Part shown: one piece after another, positions 59,117 through 64,000 of the stretch
Numbering within the stretch: position 1 is the first letter of the stretch
How the letters are laid out: each line of letters begins with the position of its first letter
Origin: an uncultured Candidatus Saccharibacteria bacterium
GTDB lineage: Bacteria; Patescibacteriota; Saccharimonadia; Saccharimonadales; JAUPVS01
Direction: 5' to 3'
Assembly (NCBI GenBank): GCA_964627095.1
Contig: CAZVKH010000003.1
Coordinates: 21,248-85,247, forward strand
Length of the DNA stretch: 64,000 nucleotides
Notes under the pieces: generated by a model
What the model was told of the DNA's origin: nothing
The model's database searches: none
Seen by the model: only the letters and a program-made list of their open reading frames with translations
Translations under genes and position numbers: made by a program

Positions 59117-60816
59117 ACGCTATAAACGCGGTTGCCGCTATACGGGTGTCTACTACCAAGCAAGGTACTGACGGTGATTCTCCAGAAGCCCAAAAGGAAC
59201 AGATCGAGCGATTTGCTGCCAATAAAGGGCTGGTGATTAAAAAGTTCTTTGTCTTTTTGGAATCAGCCAGTAAAGAGCAGCAGCCGATGCAGGAGGCTAT
59301 AGACTACTGTAAGGATCCAAAAAACGGCATCCAACTATTCATTATTAAGTCGATTGATCGATTTACCCGTGGTGGCTCGTTGTCATATGATCTGCTTAAG
59401 AATCAGCTGGAAAGTAGCCAAGTACGACTGATAGATATTTACGGGGTTATTAGCTCCGAACAAGTTAACACCCTTGAACACTTAGGCCTTGAGTACAAGT
59501 GGAGCGTGTATAGCCCTAGCAAGAAGTCTGAGATCTTAGAAGCAGAACGGTCGAAAGATGAACTACGCGACATTATGAGCCGTATGATCGGCGCTGAAAT
59601 CCGCTATACCCGCATGGGCTACTGGATGCGCCAACCACCCTATGGTTTTGTGAGCGAGAAAATAGAGACCAAGAACGGCAAAAGAACTATTCTTAAGCCC
59701 CACCCAGAGGAATCCAAATACATGATTAAAATGTATGAATTGCGGGCCGAAAGGCTGCTAAACGATCGGCAGATCGTCGATAAGCTCAACGATGCTGGCT
59801 ACCGATCAAGATTACGGTATTATCGCAGCAAACAAGACCGCACACGTATCGTAAGTAAACGTGGAGGTACGCCGTTAACTGTTAAAGCTATGCAAAAATT
59901 TCTTCGAAACCCGATATATGCTGGCATTAACGTCGAGAAGTGGACAAACGGAGAGCCTATTAAGTGTGCATTTGATGGACTAGTGCCTATTGATCTGTTC
60001 AATAAAGCCAACCGAGGTAAGCGCTATATCACTATGGATGATCAGGGCGAGTATATTATTCAGAACAAAAAACCACCTAAGCACCTAACAAATAAGGGTA
60101 TTAGAAATGCTGACTTCCCGTACCGAAAGTTTATTTTATGCCCTCAGTGCAACAGTCCACTACTAGGGAGTGCCTCAACGGGTAAGTCAGGAAAACGCTA
60201 TCCGGCATATCACTGCAGTAACCACGGCCACTACTTCCGTGTTCCTAAAGCCGAAATGGAAGCCAGAATATTAGACTTCATTAGCAACCTACAGGTCGAT
60301 CAGGAGCAGATAGAGCGAGTTATGTCCGTAATTGAGTCTGAGTACAGCAAACGCCAAGAAACCATACAGGAGGAGCTGAACAGCCTTGATGGGCGTATAC
60401 AGGCACTGAAAGTCGAGGCAGAGGCTACCGTTCACAAAATCAAATTGCTTACTAACCAAACAGCACTTAAATATATGGAGGAGGAGCTTATGAAAATCGA
60501 AGAGCAAATAATCGCTCTAGAGGCTCAAAAAATCAAAAAAGCGGACGAAAGACCTGTAGAAATACAGCCAATACTGAAACGAGTACGATACTTCCTGGAA
60601 CACCTCGACGAACTACTTGTAAAACAGATTGATCCAGTCAGGAAAGCTCAGTTTTTCGGTGCTATTTTTGACAAACCCCCAACTTACGACGAAATAAATC
60701 CTGGAACACAAAAAACACCCTTTTTTACAGGGGTGAATCCGATATTCAAACTTGCTTCCGCTCAAAAATCTCTTATGGTGACCTCAAGGGGAATCGAACC
60801 CCTATTGCCGGGATGA
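59101..60816 (+). CDS. Large serine recombinase (integrase)
   Basis: Resolvase-type N-terminus AAIRVSTTKQ...SIDRFTRGG, a recombinase domain, the Zn-ribbon CPQCNSPL...YHCSNHGH and a C-terminal coiled coil. The last 41 nt overlap the tRNA-Glu gene on the opposite strand. Confidence 0.85.
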   Translation: MQDSVNAINAVAAIRVSTTKQGTDGDSPEAQKEQIERFAANKGLVIKKFFVFLESASKEQQPMQEAIDYCKDPKNGIQLFIIKSIDRFTRGGSLSYDLLKNQLESSQVRLIDIYGVISSEQVNTLEHLGLEYKWSVYSPSKKSEILEAERSKDELRDIMSRMIGAEIRYTRMGYWMRQPPYGFVSEKIETKNGKRTILKPHPEESKYMIKMYELRAERLLNDRQIVDKLNDAGYRSRLRYYRSKQDRTRIVSKRGGTPLTVKAMQKFLRNPIYAGINVEKWTNGEPIKCAFDGLVPIDLFNKANRGKRYITMDDQGEYIIQNKKPPKHLTNKGIRNADFPYRKFILCPQCNSPLLGSASTGKSGKRYPAYHCSNHGHYFRVPKAEMEARILDFISNLQVDQEQIERVMSVIESEYSKRQETIQEELNSLDGRIQALKVEAEATVHKIKLLTNQTALKYMEEELMKIEEQIIALEAQKIKKADERPVEIQPILKRVRYFLEHLDELLVKQIDPVRKAQFFGAIFDKPPTYDEINPGTQKTPFFTGVNPIFKLASAQKSLMVTSRGIEPLLPG

Positions 60817-60850
60817 AAACCCGGTGTCCTAACCGTTAGACGATGAGGCC
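60776..60850 (-). tRNA. tRNA-Glu (anticodon UUC), CCA encoded
   Basis: The minus strand reads GGCCTCATCGTCTAACGGTTAGGACACCGGGTTTTCATCCCGGCAATAGGGGTTCGATTCCCCTTGAGGTCACCA. The full 75-nt cloverleaf folds by hand (7/4/5/5 bp stems, T-loop TTCGATT). Confidence 0.9.
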
Positions 60851-60980
60851 TTGGCGCAGACATAAATGATTTGTGCCGGCATGAATCATTTATTGTCGAG
60901 CACAAGGGTGTATATGCCGGAGGCATATGAGGCCACATGTGCAGTTGCTGCAACCGCAAAATTGTACCATAACAGAGGCG

Positions 60981-61020
60981 AAAAAGAAACCCCCTGGTTA
61001 GAGGGGGCTTCTTGTTTTGG
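60981..61020. terminator. Bidirectional rho-independent terminator (serves the LPXTG protein gene on the minus strand)
   Basis: CCCCCT-ggttag-AGGGGG (60990-61007), flanked by aaaaagaaa on the left and cttcttgtttt on the right. Confidence 0.6.
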
Positions 61021-61109
61021 AACCGAGAGTGAGCGGTCAGTCATTGCTCATTTCTGTGGTTAGCTTAGCATAAAAGGTATGTTTTGGCTAGCCACTTGTC
61101 CACAGGCAA

Positions 61110-62222
61110 TTACTGACGACTAAGGCGTCGTGCCATGAAGACTCGGTAAGCCATGGCACCGGCGACAGTGGCAGCAGCAAATACTGCGGCTACACTACCT
61201 GTACCAGTCGCTGGCAAGGTAGTTACGGTTACAGGAGTTGTTGGTGGAGGTGTCACAATAGTTGGTGGAACACCTGACTTAAATGTGACCTGCTTAGTAC
61301 AAGCGGTCGCGGTCTTCCATTCGGTTCGACCATCAGCATAGCGAACCTGAACCTTAGTAACGATGGTATAAGTGCCATCTTTAGCATAGGTGTGAGTATC
61401 GGTTTGCTTGTTCGACTTAGTACCATCACCAAAGTCAATTTCGTAACCAACAATGGTGGCATTGTTAGTTTGGCCAGTGACGGTAACAGTAACCTTGCGG
61501 TTATCGGCTGTAGTTAGGTCGGCAACTTTACATGAACCTTCCGATACAACGGGTGGAGGAGTTACCTTCTTGACCTGAACATCCAGCGTTACATAAACGC
61601 GTTGGTCCCAACAGCCCCAAACATTACCGTCTGGAGTCATGGTGCCAATCGGCGCGCCGGTAGTAACAATGCTGTCACTGACAGCCTGGGTACCACTTGG
61701 CTTGCTGTACTGCTTTGCAGAACCAGCTACATAGCTCATTGTTACCTGTGAACCGTTGGTACAGTTAATGCGCATGTCGTCGGCTACAGTACCAGCGTTG
61801 CTGGCAGTAATGGTAGCGTTAGGCACAAAGTTAGTACCAGTTCCAGTTACGCCACCAACCTTAACCTTAACGTCATGAGCCACACTTGGACCGCTACCGC
61901 CATTGTTGAGGTCTTGTGAAGCACCGTTGTGTACATACACACGAAGCGTAAAGCGAGTACCGTCTTGGCAGGCGGTGTCGACTACGTTCTTTGAGTCACC
62001 AGTGTCACCGGCTACCTTGCCGCGCAAGAAGTCACTTTCGTCGCCATTGTACGGCGTACCAGTAAAAACGTTAAAGGCCGGGTAAGGTGCTGGTGGAGTG
62101 TTTTCGCCGGTATAAGGAATGCTCAAAGCATTAACCTTCATCGGCGCCAAGATCATACCAACCATGAGCAGACTAGCTGCTGCAGTGCTGATTTTCTTTG
62201 ATAGTTGCGTAAATATAGTCAT
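61110..62222 (-). CDS. LPXTG-anchored surface protein with a PKD-like domain
   Basis: N-terminal signal peptide. The PKD-like segment is EIDFGDGTKSNKQTDTHTYAKDGTYTIVTKV. The C-terminus has LPATG, a hydrophobic stretch and RRLSRQ. Confidence 0.7.
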   Translation of the reverse strand: MTIFTQLSKKISTAAASLLMVGMILAPMKVNALSIPYTGENTPPAPYPAFNVFTGTPYNGDESDFLRGKVAGDTGDSKNVVDTACQDGTRFTLRVYVHNGASQDLNNGGSGPSVAHDVKVKVGGVTGTGTNFVPNATITASNAGTVADDMRINCTNGSQVTMSYVAGSAKQYSKPSGTQAVSDSIVTTGAPIGTMTPDGNVWGCWDQRVYVTLDVQVKKVTPPPVVSEGSCKVADLTTADNRKVTVTVTGQTNNATIVGYEIDFGDGTKSNKQTDTHTYAKDGTYTIVTKVQVRYADGRTEWKTATACTKQVTFKSGVPPTIVTPPPTTPVTVTTLPATGTGSVAAVFAAATVAGAMAYRVFMARRLSRQ

Positions 62223-62242
62223 AGTATTTTCCTTTATGCGCC

Positions 62243-63520
62243 TTAGTTAGGAGCGTCTTCGTCCTTAGGTTCTTCACCCTTAGGGATTGTGGTTACTGGA
62301 GGCTTCACGGTTGTTGGAGGATATACCGGAGGCTTGCTGGTGTCTGGAGGACCTTCGTTAGGCGTTGTATCTGGAGGACCTTCGTTAGGCGTTGTCTGAG
62401 GAGGAGTTGTCTCTTCTGGACCGCCCGATGGGGTTGTACCAGTTGTGCCACAGCCACCGCCACACTGACCGCCAGGACCACCACCTTGGCCACCAGCACC
62501 TTGACCGGTACCGTTGCCAGAGGTGTTACTACCGCTACCACATGAGCCATTACAGCCATTTTCTTTACCATTGTGTTTATCTTTTTCGCTACCACCACCT
62601 TCGCCTTCGCTATCACCAGAACCACCGCCGGTGTTACCTTCTTGGTCTTGAGCTTCTGGTTCAGGCTGCTGTTCGTTTAAGCCAATATTTTCGAGGAGAT
62701 AAATTTGGCCGGTTTCTTTGTCAAAGACAAAAATCTGATTAGTGATATCGCCGTTATCGCCAACAGTGCGAATGATAAAGACGGTTTCTTTAGCAAAGTT
62801 GACGTCGGTTGGAGCAACTTCGGCTCTTACGATTTCGCCATCTTGAACACCAACTACCTTTAGGTAAGTGCCTTTGACCTCTTCTGAGTTAAGAGCGGCC
62901 GCAACTTGAATGTAAGCCGAAAGCTTGTCGGCATCTTCTAGGGCGTCAGCTGGGGTTTCAACATAGTGTTGAGCCTGCTCGTCGACGCTTGCAAAGACAT
63001 CAAAGCCACGGGCTTCGGCAGCGCCTTGGCCGTTTAAGCTCAATACAGAAGTCTTGATAACTGCCAGCGTGATAGCCGAGTTACAAGCCACACCTTCGCC
63101 GCCAAACAAATATTCGTTTAACGATGGAGTGTCTTTTAGAGTCTCGGCTGGCTCGCGGTGTAAGTCACCAGGAGTCTGCACGTTTAATGAAGCTTCGTAA
63201 GCACCATTAGTGAGGGCTTCGCCAGCACAGGCTTCAAAGTCGCCTTCTTGTGCCAAAGCTACGTCGGGTAGTGAACTAGCCGATCCGCTTTCGCCGCCAG
63301 TCATAATATTGGCTGCCACAACGCTACCGCTAGCAAACACAGCTAAACCAGCAAATGCTGCCAGGCCTTTTTTTACACGACCACTCGTTAAAATGGCCGT
63401 AGCCTGTTCTGGAGCGCCATAAACAGGTGCGCCAGCTGGCTCACCTACAAGGGGTGGACGAGCATGTTCAGCAGTTGGTGGAGCTGCTGGCATACCTTGG
63501 TCCCAATTAATCTCAGTCAT
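62243..63520 (-). CDS. Membrane-anchored or secreted protein with a Gly/Cys-rich and Pro/Thr-rich C-terminal region
   Basis: A TM/signal segment sits near residue 55. The low-complexity tail contains GGGSGDSEGEGGGS, CNGSCGSGS and GGQCGGGCG, with the tandem TTPNEGPPD repeat. Confidence 0.5.
   Translation of the reverse strand: MTEINWDQGMPAAPPTAEHARPPLVGEPAGAPVYGAPEQATAILTSGRVKKGLAAFAGLAVFASGSVVAANIMTGGESGSASSLPDVALAQEGDFEACAGEALTNGAYEASLNVQTPGDLHREPAETLKDTPSLNEYLFGGEGVACNSAITLAVIKTSVLSLNGQGAAEARGFDVFASVDEQAQHYVETPADALEDADKLSAYIQVAAALNSEEVKGTYLKVVGVQDGEIVRAEVAPTDVNFAKETVFIIRTVGDNGDITNQIFVFDKETGQIYLLENIGLNEQQPEPEAQDQEGNTGGGSGDSEGEGGGSEKDKHNGKENGCNGSCGSGSNTSGNGTGQGAGGQGGGPGGQCGGGCGTTGTTPSGGPEETTPPQTTPNEGPPDTTPNEGPPDTSKPPVYPPTTVKPPVTTIPKGEEPKDEDAPN
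62343..62396. repeat. 27-bp tandem duplication (2 copies, 1 mismatch) inside 62243..63520
   Basis: tctggaggaccttcgttaggcgttgta occurs twice and encodes TTPNEGPPD twice on the minus strand. Confidence 0.75.
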
Positions 63521-63622
63521 ACCTTATCTCCTCAGATAAATTTTACTATCACAATTTACCATAAAAGTTATCAGATGTCAATATCTTATGACATACTGGG
63601 CGTAAAGCACAAGCGCTATGCG

Positions 63623-64000
63623 CTACTTAACGAGGAGTTTGGACTTAGGGAAGCTAAAGCCAAAGGTGCTGCCCTTGTTCTCTTCGCTATGGAAGATAAT
63701 GGCACCGCCTTGGGCAACCACCACTTTTTGAGCCATAAATAAGCCTAGACCGGTTCCGTCAGGGCGAGCCTTCTTGGCGTTACCGGCTCGATAGAACTTA
63801 TTAAACAAGTGGTGCTGCTCGTTCTTGGGCACACCAATCCCGTTGTCGACTACAGTTAATTCAACGCTTTCTGGTTTGTCTTCTAGATTTACGTTGATCG
63901 TACCACCGCTTGGTGTGTAATAAATGGCATTGTCGGTAAAGTTCATGATCACCTGACGAATCTTGGTTTCATCAAGATTAAGTGATGGAAAGCCCTTCGG
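63623..64000 (-). CDS. Sensor histidine kinase, C-terminal HATPase_c part (N-terminus outside the window)
   Basis: N-box NFTDNAIYYT, G1 box DNGIGV, F box FNKFYR and G2 box GTGLGL. The reading frame stays open to the window end. Confidence 0.8.
   Translation of the reverse strand, partial: PKGFPSLNLDETKIRQVIMNFTDNAIYYTPSGGTINVNLEDKPESVELTVVDNGIGVPKNEQHHLFNKFYRAGNAKKARPDGTGLGLFMAQKVVVAQGGAIIFHSEENKGSTFGFSFPKSKLLVK

Larger units (their letters stand above)
37095..60792. mobile_element. Putative integrative (conjugative) element of about 23.7 kb inserted at the 3' end of tRNA-Glu
   Basis: Bounded by the tRNA 3'-end repeats. The serine recombinase is adjacent to the tRNA. Contents are a T4SS operon, an R-M system, a copper resistance operon and a repressor module. 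The flanks are core and surface genes. Confidence 0.65.

Noticed and set aside
59016-59222. 68-aa minus-strand ORF overlapping the recombinase start
   Set aside because: It lies antisense to the well-supported N-terminus of the recombinase and to the small upstream ORF, and has no independent support.
60701-60709. The 9-mer CTGGAACAC is shared between the right end (60701-60709) and the left end (37117-37125) of the element. I considered these as recombinase arm-type sites.
   Set aside because: The left copy is better explained as part of the decayed T-arm of the tRNA remnant (GGAACACCC against CGAACCCC). A single 9-mer match is weak, and serine recombinases do not use arm sites.
60866-61063. 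65-aa plus-strand ORF in the tRNA-to-surface-protein intergenic region
   Set aside because: It has no RBS, runs straight through a strong terminator hairpin and has an odd composition. It is probably non-coding.
62300-62750. Highly repetitive GGT/GGA/CCA-rich DNA that might be a CRISPR array or a non-coding repeat array, plus overlapping ORFs 62305..62625 and 62392..62742
   Set aside because: There is no regular repeat-spacer periodicity. The region is the low-complexity Gly/Pro-rich tail of the 62243..63520 coding sequence, and only the 27-bp duplication is a true tandem repeat. The overlapping ORFs are frame artefacts of low-complexity DNA.

Overview
The window looks like a small-genome, Gram-positive-type bacterium. 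Shortened housekeeping proteins (AlaRS, MetRS, ATP synthase epsilon), an LPXTG surface protein and the overall gene content suggest a Patescibacteria/Saccharibacteria-like organism, but this is inference with no database search. About 1-37.0 kb and 60.8-64 kb are core chromosome. They carry rdgB, alaS, mnmA, an atpFHAGDC cluster without a and c subunits, a cysteine desulfurase, tatD, metG and a GH37 trehalase. They also carry an RRM protein, a DEAD-box helicase, typA, tmRNA, MarR plus an MFS pump, ksgA, cell-wall enzymes, Nudix, pcrA/uvrD, tpiA-pgk-pyk, mgtE, several surface proteins and a partial histidine kinase. The main result is a roughly 23.7 kb integrated element at about 37095-60792, inserted at the 3' end of tRNA-Glu(UUC). 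It is bounded by the intact tRNA next to a large serine recombinase on the right. On the left sits a degenerate copy of the tRNA 3' end, followed by what looks like the orphaned tRNA terminator. The element carries a minimal Gram-positive-type type IV secretion operon: a VirB2-like pilin, a pilin-VirB6 fusion, a PrgI/VirB3-like protein, a two-ORF VirB4, an M23 hydrolase and a VirD4/TraD-type coupling protein. It also carries a CsoR-controlled copper resistance operon (DUF305, DUF3105, CopB-type ATPase) and a three-gene M-R-N restriction-modification system of the CglI/NgoAVII type. Other content includes a LexA/SetR-like S24 repressor module, a single-HKD PLD nuclease with small acidic proteins at the left end, a GrpB/kinase pair and a replication-relaxation-like protein. 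No CRISPR array, rRNA or transposase was recognised. All functional calls rest on motifs read from the supplied translations and on my own reading of the DNA.
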